Positions 38,900 to 53,056 of a DNA stretch of 64,000 bases are shown here, one piece after another. Within the stretch, counting starts at the first letter, position 1, and every line of letters begins with the position of its first letter. Below the pieces are notes generated by a model. The model was not told where the DNA came from and made no database searches. It worked only from the letters and a program-made list of their open reading frames with translations. Source of the DNA: Epiperipatus broadwayi (lineage: Eukaryota; Animalia; Onychophora); the NCBI GenBank assembly GCA_028023455.1, contig JAQFVV010000003.1, positions 7,440,001 through 7,504,000 of the forward strand, read 5' to 3'. The position numbers were made by a program, and so were the translations under genes.

Positions 38900-39060
38900 T
38901 AATATTTACCAAGGCTGTAACCTCAAGAATATGCGTGTAAAAATGCGATAGTAGGGACCTCTACAGGTCTTAACCACAAGCTGTGGTTAAGACTTGTAGA
39001 GGTCCCTACTATCGCATTTTTACACGCATATTCTTGAGGTTACAGCTTTAGTAAATATTA
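38900..39060. repeat. Near-perfect palindrome: 79-bp arms, 3-nt loop (AGC), 3 mismatches
   Basis: 38900-38978 is the reverse complement of 38982-39060 at 76 of 79 positions. Confidence 0.99.
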
Positions 39061-41589
39061 ATTATAGTTTTAATAATTTTTTATTTTATTTTTGTAAAAT
39101 CAACTTCTTCCTTGAATATAGCATTTTATATTATTTTATCACAATATATCTAGCTAATCTAAGAGTGTACTTCCCACTAGTGCAAATCAATACTAACAAT
39201 TAATATTTAGATAATTCTTTCCTTATGATCCTTAATAGTGTTTAACTATTTACATATATACAATCATTAACATAAAAAGGCCGGAAGGAATACATAAATA
39301 ATAATTTAAATCAGTAGGACTTGTAAGACCCCTAGTTATCTGTTCTCACGTTTGGAGGCCAGATCTCCGTATTTCTGCTCCAACATACATGTCCGTGTAC
39401 ACAGATGAAGCTCCAAGAATCAAATGTCCGTTTGTTCATTCCATTAGTACTGAGGCATTCATTGTTTTAAAACCCTGCAATTGATTGGCTAATACTCTTT
39501 CCATCCACTTAGGTGATTCTTCATTTTAATTTCCATACAGGAATTTACATCATTATCTTTCTTTAATTAATGAGTTGCTTTTATAGCTTGTCAAATGTTT
39601 TCTTATAAAGGAATTCTAACTCGAATTCTCCTAATTGTTTTATTTCATTAACGATGTATTCTATTCTATTTAATTAGACTATTATTCATTTTAGAAAATA
39701 ATCTTTTTCTAATCTTAAAGTTATAAATCTTTTACTTACTAATTTTAAAAGAATCAGTCTTTCAAAATTTTTTAATTTATTTAACTTATAACTTTTTCTC
39801 TCTATAAAATTTATACATATATATGTATGTGCATTTAAGCATGCACATACATATCATATCACATACTTATCTAACTGACTTTCAACTTTAATTAGTTTGA
39901 CTAAAGTATAACATTGTTATTTTCATTATATAGTACATATTGATATAAATTTAAGATAGATGTCACAATTGTGTAATATGTAGCAAGAAAATAAATGTTC
40001 TTGTGTGATATACATAGAAAAAATAAATATCATTATATATAAATGGAAAAAATACAAGAATAAGATAATGGCATTATCATTGGAAGAAAGATTTGGTAAT
40101 AAGAAGTAAATAGATGACTTGATTATGGATTTCAGAGGGAGCATATGATCTATGTACAGAACTTTCTGATTTCATCTAAGGAAAAGCCATTTTATAACAT
40201 ACTATACATGTGGTGGGTAAGTGTGTAGAAAAAAGAAACAGTTCTAGTGTTGGCACTCAAATAGAAAGATACAAGTCAAAAGTCATTGTTGTGTAATTAT
40301 TATATATGAGGGGTGTTGTGATGTTTGCTTGATATATAGCAACAAATAGGCCATTCAGATACATAAATAGCCAAACAAAAAATAAGATATTCTAAAAAAT
40401 ACTATTTACACATTTACTAGAAACTAATTTATCTATGTATCAAATTTTAGAGGATATTTCTATACATAAAAACAAATAGAAGACTGTTAGTTTGTAAAAA
40501 AAAAAAAATCAGATTATCTTAAATGCTTTTGATCACTATTGAGGTTATGCATTTCAAGAACATTACAGGCTGATGATAGAGTTCAAGGTAGCAAATAATG
40601 AAATGACATTCGGTTACGAGGATTAATTGTAAATAATAAACAGTGTCCAATTAAGAATATTACCTATTACCTCATAAGATGTTGGTTCAACAAAGGCTGA
40701 GTATTGTTTCTGATACTGCCATTTTGTGATTCCTCTGCTTTTTCTTTCATTCTTTTCCTATTTTCTTTTACCTTACTGCCTTCAATCACTTAGGTTAGAA
40801 CAGAGCTTAATCATCAGGAGATTCTCAAGCTATCAGTTATTTTTATGTATTGTGACAAAAGAATTGTAATTCTCACTCTAATCTTTACTATTTTATTTTT
40901 TTTACTATGTCTATATTTTTCTTTATTTTTTTCTGGAGTTAGAATACACATAATTATTTATAAATAACTGCTGATGAATGAATGACAATTGTTTATTACA
41001 AGGCAGTACTGATTAATTTTGAAGAAGTCTTAATTTAATTTCATTTTGATGAAAATCGTTACATAATTCTATAAATGAATAGAGGTTTCTAAATATAACT
41101 TTATTATTTTAAAAAACAAACAAATAAAATAGTTTTTATATGGCTTCTCTTATAAGTCTTTTTCTAATTTATTGAATTTAAAAATTTTTTCTTCAAAATT
41201 TATATAAACATACTAATATATAAATATATATTAACCACAAGAATAGCAGAGGATGGGGGTGAAACTATTATTTAAAGCAACCATGTATTTTCTTTTCAAG
41301 TTTCATTTGCTAATTGATATAATCAATGTAAAGTATAAGATAAATGCAGCAGTGAATTTCATGGATCTCCAATTATTAAGTGGTACATTATCTTTTGATC
41401 TAAAAAAAACATATTCAACATTTTTAATATGTATAAATAATTTTATTACTGTAATGTGTTATGCTGTTTATATAAGGTACTATATGTAAATAAAATTGCT
41501 TTATGTTTGTTTGCTATTTGACTGTTATTATATTTATTTTGTTGATAAATATATATAAATATGTTAAATACATTTTGATAATAGTTTAC

Positions 41590-41762
41590 CTCTTTCTTTT
41601 TAGAAATTTTCTCAAATCCTGCACTGCAGGCTATTTGTTTCACTACACCTTTGGTGAATTCTCCTAGAGGAAAGATAGTTTTTCGAAGTGATTCCTGAGA
41701 AATTTGGCTGAGGTAAAATGTCTGATCTTTAATAGTATCCAATGCTTTCAATAGTCGAACAC
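41590..41762 (-). CDS. TRMU: TRMU coding exon, (G)VRLLKALDTIKDQTFYLSQISQESLRKTIFPLGEFTKGVVKQIACSAGFEKISKKKE
   Basis: Acceptor aatttttag|GT, donor GAG|gtaaac; 173 nt. Has the KDQTFxL and FPLG motifs. Follows an 18,991-nt intron in the correct phase. Confidence 0.98.
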
Positions 41763-43543
41763 CTAAAAATTAATAATACCATTAAAAAAAAAAATAATAA
41801 TCATATGCCATTTTAAAAGAAAAATTGTATTATCAAAAAGAACCTTAGAAGTTTAACAACATAAAGAAAAAATAAATTATATATATTCCTAAAATTATCA
41901 AAATACAAACTTTTTAAATTTTTTTTTTTTTTAATTTTTGCCACTGATAAAAAGAAAATTATAATTTTTATTTTTAATAATTTGTGTTTAATACTAGCCT
42001 GTAAGTACATGTATTAAAATGAATAGTCACATGGATAAATAATGTTAAGTACAGTTTTTGGAGATACTAAGAGATGAACCCGAAAACTATGTTTACAAAC
42101 ATATATATATGCAACAATAGTAGTAGCCATTCCAGCTCCAAAAAATTGAAACACAAATAATAAAACATTAGAGATAAGTTTTGTGACTAAACAATAAGCC
42201 ACAAATACATCCACATAAAAAATATGCTGATCCATTTTTTAATTTATTTGATATTTTGTGATACTGTCTTTCAACTTCTGCACGTCATATATTTCTAAAA
42301 TAAATATCTTAAATGGTCAGATATATAAAAGAGACAAAAGATTTCTTTTATTTACACTTCTAGGCATATATAAAATATATATCACTGGAGTCTCAATATT
42401 GGTAGGTTAGCTTCTGATATAAATTGCCAGTTATATAAAATAACCACTAATTTCATTAGTTTCAGTTCAGCTTCTTTAATTTCATGAACTTCAGCCAAGC
42501 AAGCAATCTATGTCCCATATATGGGGCTATGAAATTATGGATAAGTCATCCTGCTTTACTTCCCCAAGAGTTCAAAATCAATTAACACAGAGACTTACAA
42601 TAATCTCTTTGTAGAAGATGATTTTCTGCCCTCTACAAACTAGTTAAACTGAATACACTATTTATAATAGGTATAGAGGAAATTAAAAATGATAGAATTA
42701 ACAATAAGTTTTTTAATTTTTGATTAATAAAAACAAGATAACTAAATTATTATTGCTCTGCTTTTAATTTACATTTGGCAAAACAAAATAAGTCTTAATT
42801 AAATACCTCCTTTTTAATCCTCTACATAAAAAACAGATTGAAGAATTAACTATAATTAATGTGTGTTTATAGTTACATTAAACATTTACATTTTTGTCAA
42901 AATCACAAATAAATTTAATAAAATACTTGCATTAATTTTTTTTTTTTTTTTTGTGATCGATTTTAAATAATTGATAGTACTTCAAAAATATCAAAAAGTA
43001 TTATTTAATCAATATTTCAATTAATCCAAATTTTATTTTAAATAATTATATACATAAATATTTTCTATGTTCACTTCTATTTTTACTTTTAAGTTTTAAA
43101 TATATATGCATACACATATTACATTGTAAGCCATGAGATCAATCTGTTTCAATATATACATATGTAATAATATTATAATTCGATGTCTGTACTTCTTCAA
43201 AGAAATATATGTAATTATATAATTGAATATTTATAAATACAGTAATCAGATATATTTTAAAAATTTTATCCACTTAGTAGTGCTTTCGACTATCCTTGTA
43301 GTCTTTGTCAACTAACCTTTTGAAAGACTAACCTTCCCACAATTCCGTGATCTTAATGTTTGCTGCCTGCCTGTTAATTAAGTCATGTTTGTATTTGTAT
43401 ATTAGCATAGTAGTAGTGCTTTTGACTATCTTTGTAGCCTTTGTCAACTAACACTTTGAAAGGCTATCCTTCCCACAATTCCGTGATCTTAACATTTGCT
43501 GCCTGCATGTTAATTGTTATGTTTGTATTTATATATTAGCATA

Positions 43544-43585
43544 GTAGTAGCGCTTTCGACTATCCTTGTAGTCTTTGTCAACTAA
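43544..43585 (-). ncRNA. Type I minimal hammerhead motif, family B (U3-A8 variant), intact copy on the TRMU sense strand
   Basis: Minus strand reads TTAG-TTGACAA-A-GACTA-CAAGGA-TAGTC-GAAA-GCGC-TA|CTAC. Sister copies are at 43274-43315 (GCAC in helix III) and 43410-43451 (G12 to A). Confidence 0.7.
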
Positions 43586-43691
43586 CACTTTGAAAGGCTA
43601 ACCTTCCCACAATTCCGTGATCTTAACGTTTGCTGCCTGCCTATTAATTAAGACATGTTAGTATTTATATAAAGGTTAGCCTTTCAAAGTG

Positions 43692-43733
43692 TTAGTTGAC
43701 AAAGACTAGAAGGATAGTCGAAAGCGCTACTAA
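43692..43733 (+). ncRNA. Type I minimal hammerhead motif, family B (U3-A8 variant), intact plus-strand copy
   Basis: TTAG-TTGACAA-A-GACTA-GAAGGA-TAGTC-GAAA-GCGC-TA|CTAA. Helix I TTAG/CTAA, helix II 5 bp, palindromic AGCGCT helix III. Predicted cut after 43729. Confidence 0.72.
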
Positions 43734-44559
43734 GTGGATAAAAAATTTTAAAATATATCTGATTACTGTATTTATATATATTCAATTATATAATTACATA
43801 TATATATATAAAGAGAAGTAATGCATAATGCTAGCTGAAACTCTGAAATATTTTCAACATCCCATAGCTATATTATTTCAGTCACACTCACTTTTGAATG
43901 GCCTGCAAAATTCAAACTTTTCTTTATTTAAAGAGGAAATGTGGTTAAAATAATATAGCTGTGAGGCATTTAAAATATATATACACATAAATATGGCTCA
44001 GAAAATTTGCTGTTAGGTGAGAGGGAATCTTTAGATTCCTCTTTGAAGTTTTAAAGTAACTGAGCAGAGCATAGTCCCACTGTTTACCACATTGTTATCA
44101 TTGCAAGTGTTATAAATGTGATTATTCTTATGGTGAACAACATGGATGAGCTGCTCAACATGTCAACCAGCAGAGTAAATTTGATAGCTTTTATCTCTGA
44201 GTTTAAAATCAAGAAACATTGTGGTTTACCTTTGTAGATGCCTGATATTTATTGAGACAGGATAAATTTGAGAATGTGTATGTGGATGATCATTCACTTA
44301 TATATATATTATCAATTATGACAAATAATAGCAAATTATGGTCCTTTGTATCTCAAAATCTGTAAAGTTGTCAGCCAATGCAACAGTGGGTGACAAAGGC
44401 AGAGGATGCTACGAATATTTATGTTAGGAGCTAGGCTACCATTTGATAATGGCCTTTTACAATTACTTCATTTTAAATATCTTTGTTAACAAAAACAATA
44501 CATTACATAAATTTTGGGATTTTTTAAATATAATTATACACTATAAATTTTGATTTACA

Positions 44560-45130
44560 GATCTTTTTTTTTAAGTCTATCTTCATCTTACAGATTATTA
44601 TTTCCATATCTTTCATCAAGATAGGCCAATGCTTATTCAAATTTCTTCCAATAATTTTTTGGGGAAGTACTTTTAGGCATCAATTAAGTATTTAATTCCA
44701 TTTTTTACAAGTTTCTTTAGCCTGTTGTACTTTTTAAATTTATAAAAGGAAAGTGACATAATTTCTTTTTATTTGCTTAAATGCTTTACATTCTTCAAAC
44801 AAATGTAAAGAAAGCTTCTCTTTTATTTTGCAAAAAATACATGTAGACTCCAAATTCATATTTAGTCTTTTGTTTAATTAAGTCATTATTGGTAGAATGT
44901 CATTTAGTAATTTGAAAATGAATTTAAGATTGGGGGGCATGTATTTTTTGAGATTCCTTCAAAATCTTCATCACAAGTATCTTACATTGCTTACTTATCT
45001 TTCAAATCCTTATATCTAATACTAATTAGGCTGGTTAAGTAAATCAACTTGCAGATCCGTATACACTATAATTAAGTGTCCATAAATGATTTTTCTTTTT
45101 CAATTTTATTTACATATGTTTAATGGTCTT
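44560..45130 (-). mobile_element. Tx1/L1-like LINE 3' fragment (zf-RVT region)
   Basis: KKYMPPNLKFIFKLLNDILP...LESTCIFCKIKEKLSLHLFEEC (CxxC-x7-H-x4-C). Confidence 0.65.
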
Positions 45131-45509
45131 TTAAAACATTCATCTTGCGCTATATTAATATATGTTTGTCTTTATATATGATACATATAATCTTGGATTA
45201 AGAAGATTAACGCCTCCTTGATTAACTAGTAATAGTAATATTGAAATTGATGAAAGATATAGAAATTTTCCAGAAATATATTTCTTTGTTATCTGTTTCG
45301 TTCTATTTATTGTTGTATTGAATAAATTAATCCAAGTGGCAAAATAGCCCAAGATACCATAATTATAGTGTTACAAATATTTGTCATTGTAATTTCATAG
45401 ACTTATCAATAAAAAAAAAGCCTTTATTTTTTTTAATTAATTTTCTCAATTACCACTTTTTTTTAAGTGTCTATTCATACTATTTGACCTGTATAGGTAT
45501 GTTCCCCAA

Positions 45510-47340
45510 AAATTGTTGGCAATGCCTGATATTCGTGGATAACATTTCCCAGAATTTTTTCTTCCAGGAAACAAAAAATTTAAAATGAATATTCCCAGAA
45601 ATTTCAGAAATCCTGGGAAATTTAAAAAAGTTAAATTATAAAGAAAAATTGTAAAAATTTTGAAAAAAGTATAATAAAAATATTTTCAAAAATCAAATTT
45701 AATTCAAAATTAAAAAAAAAACATACAACAAACATGTATTTCATTTATTATTTATTCAAAAAATAATATTTTATAAAGAACAGATAGACCAGGGATAAGT
45801 TGTTCAAGGAGGACCTTTTTTTTGAACAAAAATTTGACAATGCTGAGAATACACTTTCACTTTCAATTGAGGTGGGCAATACAGTCATCAAAGCATCCAA
45901 CAACTTTTGGAGATTTTTTGTTGTTTCCTATACTTTCATATATTTGTAATCCATTTTGTAGATTTTTTATAGGATTTGACATTTTTGTTTCTAACTTTTT
46001 ATTTTTAAGTGCTGCATTGATAGCATCAGCCAATCTATCATTTATATCATGAACTTGTCCATTATCTTTTTCACATAAATCTTCATACTGAGTTTTCTTT
46101 TCAACTGTAACTCATTCAACAACTTTGTTGAATAACTTATTAAAAATACCACTAGCATAACAAGTAATTGTAAGCTTTGATAATGAAGGCAAATTTTCTG
46201 TAGCAGTAGATTGTAAATCCAGTGTTTGGAGAAATTTTGTTAAAGACACAAGATCTTGTTTTCTTTGTTTGATAACGTAAAATTTCAAAACCTCCAACAA
46301 CTGTTTTGAAATATTATTCTTATTTTTATGTAAAGAATCAATGAAAAACTTCAAAATTGTATCAGCCATAACCAGATTTGCATCACATCTTCCCAATGCT
46401 TCATCCAGTAAATGTTAATGAATCCAAATCTTTTAATGCCTCTCAAACTGAATCAACTATTTTTAGAAATCTTTCAATCATGGCCACAATGCTATTCCAT
46501 CTGGTATTGCAATCTAGTATCAAATTCAATTTTTTATCATGTTTTACCTTGACATGTTCTTGTAATATTGAGTTTCTTATCAGTGAAGTTCTAGATCTTC
46601 TACTTCACATTTTTGAGTTAAAACATCATTTGGTTTATCATCAATATCGGATTCAAAAAAGTCACCAATAGTTGAACTATATTCATTTTCAGTGCTATCA
46701 GTTTGATCAACATTATAACTTTCAATTTTTTTATAAATTACATTTACTACAGCTAAATGTATAACATGGTTGTAACATAATTGGTGGATATATTCAGACA
46801 ATTTTCCATAGTTTGCCATAACAGCAGCACCATCAGTGGTCGATGCCACTACATTTGATAAATTTATGCCAAAATCAGATAGTTTTGCATTGATTAGTTC
46901 AATTATTGTATCAACTGTACAACTAACTGCAATTCTTATTAATGCTAAGTTAATTTACCATTTATTAAAAATAAATGGTTATGTTTAAATATCTCCAATT
47001 CCATAGAGTCATCCATTCAACTAATGAAAGGCTGAATTTTCTGTAAATATCTTTATGAGATTTAATTTTTGCTACTACTTCACATTTTGCCAACTTATAA
47101 AACTCATGAATTAATTTCATTACATTATTTTTGCTCATTGGTAAATTATATTGCCTATCTTTGTATGCTTGATAAATAAATTTGCTTTTAGATATTCTTT
47201 GGATTGAAAATCCATCTATAGCTGCAAGTCGCAATTGCTACTACTTCTGACAGATTGCTTTTTATTAAAAAATGATATTAGAATTGAAGGTTTTACGGAT
47301 CAAAGAACTTTTTAAAATTATGAACAGGATAGTTTAATGT
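45510..47340 (-). mobile_element. hAT DNA transposon with frameshifted transposase (about 45790-47270)
   Basis: RLAAIDGFS, FSLSLVEW (first catalytic D mutated), ASTTDGAAVM, LCYNHVIHLAV, TRWNS-like region, LMTVLPTSIESESVFSA (third catalytic residue E and dimerisation domain). CCCAGAA/CCTGGGA subterminal motifs near 45550-45620. Termini approximate. Confidence 0.9.
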
Positions 47341-47479
47341 TAGAAATGAAAAATAAATGAAAGATGAAAAAGACTTATGAAAAACAAGCTCTATACATTA
47401 TAAGTTTTTTTTATAAAAAAAAAAAAAATCTAAAACAGAAAAAAGACAGCTGGATTATATTTTGATCAAAAGAAAATAT

Positions 47480-49370
47480 ATTTTTCAAAACTGTGATATA
47501 TTTGACAAACTTAACACAGGATGTGATAAATCAATTAGTAAGATTTAAGATACACATTAATGTAAAATTAAATAAAATCTATTTTAAAAAGTCAGTATTA
47601 ATAATTAATATCCCTAACTTTCAGAAGTACTATAATAAAGTGAAAACTTACAAATCATTTTTAAATATTAACAGATTTCAATGATGGACCAGAATTGAAC
47701 CAAATAAATAAGAATATAACTGATACTCCATCAAGAATTGCTAGATAGATAGGTAATACAAAAAAGCAACATTTCACTAGTAAATTTTCAACTGAGACAT
47801 GATAATATATGAAAACAAAAAAATAAAATAAATATGAAAATATTTTTAAATAATCCATCAAAAAAATGATTTGAATTCTATAAATTAGTATGAAGAGCAC
47901 TATAACAGAGATATAGCAAAAAAAAAAAGCTATAGAAAAAATAAAACTCTCAAAAATATAATAAAATATCTTGGTATTGGAAAAAAAGTTGTTTCAACAA
48001 TAAAAATAAAAGATGGCAATATTATTTTTAAAAAAAGGAACAACATAATAAAGAACTAAAAGACAAGAAAACAAAGTATACCCTGCAATTATAACATCTT
48101 TTGAATGCCAAGTTAGTTAAATGAAAACTGGGACATGAGATTAAATCTATAAACAAAAGAAAAGCCCTAGGGAATGATGAAATTATTACTGGCAATCTTA
48201 AAAGCAGATAAAAAGAGAAATTATTGGCAATGCTATATACCTAATGTCTAAATGATAAACATATACCTGATGTTTAGAAGAAATGCAATAGAAATATTGA
48301 TATTTAAAAAAAATGAAAAAGAAGGCACTGGGAATTAGAGAATTAATAATCATCTGTTGTTCTATACAAGATTTTAATACTAAGATCATTACAATTTATC
48401 TTTTAAAAACTATGAATTCAAACCAACTAAAAGAACAAGCTAGACTTAAAATAGTTTTAGCATGGTTGATCAAATACAAGTATTAAAAGAAATTATAGAA
48501 AGAGGAATTTGAATTACTAAAAATAAAAATTTAATTCTATAAGAATTTCAGTGGTGATTAAAGCTTTGGAACATTAATATATAGACCCAGAATGATCACA
48601 TTTTGAAGAATATTTATTATAATCCAAAAATACTGATTAAATTATAAGATAATTCTAAGAATATTAATGTTGATAAGACTGTATGGCAGAGGATTTGACA
48701 TCTTCAAAACTTTTTTACTGCAATTTTATGAGAAGTTTTTATGAGGATTAAAAGACTAAGCTAAAGAAATAAAAATAAATGGATCTTATTTAAATCATTT
48801 GGATTTTGCAGATAATATTCCAAAACTCAGAAAATGTTACAAGAGTTATCAGATAAAAGAAAGAAAGAAGCATCAAAAACAAATTATAAAAAGATTAAAG
48901 AAATGCTTTATGCTTTTCACAAAAGGAAAGAGTAATAATTGCTATTAATCAATTTAATGTAATTAAGAATTACAAGTATCTGTTCAGAGAATGGATATTT
49001 AACAAAGAAAGAATATTAAAACTTCAAATCACAGAATGAAATATGGAGAGAGATATGCAGAAATAACAAGAGGGGATCAATATATATATATATGGGTGAT
49101 TGAATAAACAAATATTATTGGCATCAATGAAAAAATTAAGAGACTGAAATAGAGTTGGGTTGGACATATTACTAGAAGAGATGATCAATGAATAGTTGAA
49201 ATCTTAAACTGGATCCCAAAAAATTGTAAATGCCCTAAAAAAAAAGACCATGAATGAAATGGATGGATGAATTAAGGAAGACTGCTGAAATGATGTAGAA
49301 AAGCTATGGATTGGAGAAATTGGATTAAACTCAGAAATCTTCATCCTGCAATGAATTGATAATAATTGAA
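47480..49370 (+). mobile_element. Decayed RTE-clade LINE (copy 2, similar to the 24.4-26.9 kb copy)
   Basis: End of the endonuclease domain (47490-47560), KALGNDE (48160), NQLKEQA, DFADN (48802), YKYL, WVGHITRR, WIPK and the RTE-type 3' end. Confidence 0.88.
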
Positions 49371-49759
49371 AATAATAACACAAATGTAAAATCGTACATA
49401 AAGTATTATCACACTTCACTATAATGTAAAACTATATATTTATTACATAATTTTTATTATGAATAAATGCATTTAAAAACCCTCTATTAGGTCAATGTTG
49501 TACATAATTGTACAACCTGATAAGTCTATATATGGTAGTATTTAAATACTATCAATAGAAAAAAAAAGTATTTTGAACTTACAACTAATTCATTTAATAC
49601 TGAGAATTCCCTTTTTATAAGTATATATAAATACAAAAATACTGAATATATTATTAGCATTATTTTTATCATTACTACTTTTAGATGCTGTCAATTACTT
49701 ACTGTTGATCTTATAAATTGTATCCAACCAATGAACTACCATTTGATAAACTATGGTTA

Positions 49760-50330
49760 TTGTGATGAAGGAATACTTTCACTTTATTAGTAATCATATT
49801 CTCCTTTTTTCTCATTAATCTTTTTAGCTATTGTACACTTTTCTAAGGAATTACATCATTTCATATTACATCAAAATAGACCAATTTCAATTTATTCATT
49901 TTCATGAAGGAGTTCAAATCTGATCAAATCAAGTATCCATTTGTTCATTTCCATAACTACCCATGGAATTCTCAAAAGACTTTGCCAGAATCACAATTTT
50001 TGCTACCATTCTTTTTTATTGTCCAAATTTCACATTTTTAGAGACACGGGAAATATCAGTTTGAACAATTCTGATTCTCATTTTTACGATACTTTCTACT
50101 ATTTAGCAAACTTTCCAGGATTTTTACTGCAATTCTTTTTAAACTGTGATAAATCTTCTGATAATCAGATCCTTTGTTGTTAATCACAAATCCAAGAGGT
50201 AAAAACTGTTAATCATTTATAATCACTTGCTGAATATGTCATTATAATTGTCTTCTTCATATAAGGCCATAATCATATCTTTTCACTTTGTTCTGAAACT
50301 TTTCTAGTAAATGTTCAATATAAGTTTAAT
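49760..50330 (-). mobile_element. RTE/BovB-like LINE 3' fragment
   Basis: YLGFVINNKG..., FPVSL..CEIWTIKK-like, LLRIPWV..NKWILDLI in broken frames. Confidence 0.7.
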
Positions 50331-53056
50331 TTAATGATTTAATTACACCAGAGTAAGAATAAGTTATATTGCTAATTAACATTTTATTACTGATTCTTAC
50401 AGATATTCTAGAGAAAAGAGAGATTACTGCCATAAAATACTGACTAAATACAAACTACAGAAGTTATATAATTTTATATATTAATAAACAATAAAATCTC
50501 TATCCATTGTTTCTCAAGAAACTAGAGAAAATAAAAAATATTTAAAAATAACTGAATATTTCCATGAAATTCCATGAAAAAATGATAGAAATAATTAAAT
50601 GATTATTATTCATTGAAATAATGTATACATAGTGTTATGTATGCATGTTGCCATCTATAGTTAACTTGTAGTATATAAATAATTAAATAAAGAAAATAAT
50701 TAAAGGTCATATGTTTAATAAAAAAAAAAATTTATTGTTTTGAATGAATCTGAAAGAAGTGAACAATTTATTTATTACATTTTAAAAATGAAATATTTTG
50801 TTTAAATTATTATAAATGATAACAATGACTTATTAGAATTAGAAAAGAGTCACAGGATCACAAGCCAATGTTTAAAAAAAGGAAAAGACTGCATTTTGAG
50901 TTACCATAGTGACAGAAACGATTTTAGCAAGAAAACACATACTTTCTTTGGCTTAAAAGTTTATATTTATTTCACCTTACTTTTATAAATATATTCGGGA
51001 CATATAGCAGAAAATATGCATTGTGAGTAAAACAACTTAGAGGGAGGGGGCATGATCTTCCCCTTCATTTGGTATCTTTATGATTAAAATGAAATGGACA
51101 TCATAAACGCTATGCCGACCACCATAGAGCTAAAATCATTCAATTTACCATTGATTATAATATCAACAGGAATAATAATTGGATATAATCTAATAATTCA
51201 AACTGCTTATGGATCTTTATGTTTGTGTTTTTGCAAGCAAAAGAGATAACAAAGGAAACAATATCAAATAATGGAATATCCGCTGAAGTCATATATATGC
51301 AAAACTGTGGTAACAGATACTAATAAAAAAAACTTTTAAATTAATGCTATCAGATAAGTTTCATTTTAAAAAAAAAAAAATGGTAAAAAAAAAACCAATA
51401 ACTTTAACAATAAAACATTAAAGTTTTTTTTATTAATAATTTTCATTAATATAATTTTACTTGGCATTCATTATCATTTAAACAATATGAGAAATACATA
51501 TATATATTTAAAAAGTAACAATATTAAAACTTTTATTACTTTATTGAAAGAGTTTATCTTTAGCCCATTTATGATTATATACTAAATAATTTAAAATGTA
51601 TATTGTATCTATTAATTGCAATCTTAAAAATGGGGGAGGTAAATTATAAAAAATTATGATAGGATATTAGATTGCAGTTGGTAAATTAGAATTATAATCT
51701 TTATTTTACCCAGCTGAATGAGTTAATGCTTATTTCAATAATTTTACATTATTATTAATCTAAGTTCTTTGATTTGCCTATTGCATCAATCATTATAAAA
51801 TTATTTTATTAAACAATTTATTTTTGCAATTAAGATAATTTATTGTACATTTCATACTATACTTTATCATCAGTCATCATTTATTGAATTGTATCGTCTT
51901 TCCCAACCAAGTTACTCGCTGGACTATTGGCTTCTTACAAATTCATGAGTCCATTGAAAATATAAATGTAAACTGCCATAGAACCATTTGTGGATCAACA
52001 TACTTATTTGCCTATTTTAGATTGCCCAAATATTTAATGCATAATTGGAGAAAACCACTTGGTTTACAATTTTATTTACTATATATGATTGCCCAAATCT
52101 ATGAGGCACTTTCAGGCTATCTACTCCTGCTCTGTTACAATATTTTTTTGTTAAATTCATGATTATCCAAATCTGCAAGCTATTCAGTGAACAACACTTA
52201 TTTTATTTTTATATTTTGGCATGTTTAGAATAGTTTCCTTCACAATAGAGTATAATATAACTGTTAGCTTTAAGTACAGTTCAAATTAAAACATTCCCCA
52301 TCTATTATTTACTATGTACAAAGATACATAATTATATTAGTAATTCATGAATAAGACCCTATAGTTATTTTAATAAATTTGTAAATAATGTCTTTATTCT
52401 CATATCAATGGCAATTTATCAATTAAATAATAAGTCTCTTCTTATCCAACCACCATGCTGTTTTATGATAAATAGATCAAATACTGATACTCATGACACC
52501 CAAAAAGAGTGCAACTTTATATTAGCAGTGATCTTCATAAAATATTAATAAAACTTATTTATAGTTTCAAATAATATTCAAGATAAATATATTAATAATT
52601 TTAATAAGCAACAAAATAAACTACTTATTAAATATAAAGTACTGAGAATATAGTCCTATTTATGATCAAGTAAACTCAATGTGAATACCATAATAATTAT
52701 TATAATAATTATTTCACAAGATAGATTCTATGCAATCATTTTAATAAACTTACAAATAATATCTTCTTTCTCATAGCAATGCTAATCATCAGATAGATTT
52801 AAAAAATCATTCACTTTTATTTAACCATCACACTATTACATGGTAGTTAAACAAAAATGGACTATTTTTTTATAAAACTGATGATGTAAGAAAGTTTCCT
52901 TTATAAATTTACTGAAATGATTGCATAGAATTTAAATTATCATTTGAGTTTACTTGTTCCATGGAAAAGGTAATTTATTCTTAGTGATACATAATTAATA
53001 GCCATAGTTTATTTACATGTTTATTAAAATTATTAGAATTTGGATCTTGATTGTTA

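Larger units (their letters stand above)
43190..43820. mobile_element. Hammerhead repeat family B: ~130-bp terminal inverted repeats enclosing three tandem 134-136-bp monomers
   Basis: Monomers start at about 43278, 43414 and 43548. 43672-43805 is the reverse complement of about 43206-43335. Outer TACTTCT/AGAAGTA matches extend the inversion to 43190/43820. Confidence 0.93.

Noticed and set aside
43274-43671. CRISPR-like or simple satellite reading of the tandem repeats (also 53.4-54.4 kb)
   Set aside because: Eukaryotic intron context, no unique spacers and long units; better explained as ribozyme-bearing retroelement monomers.
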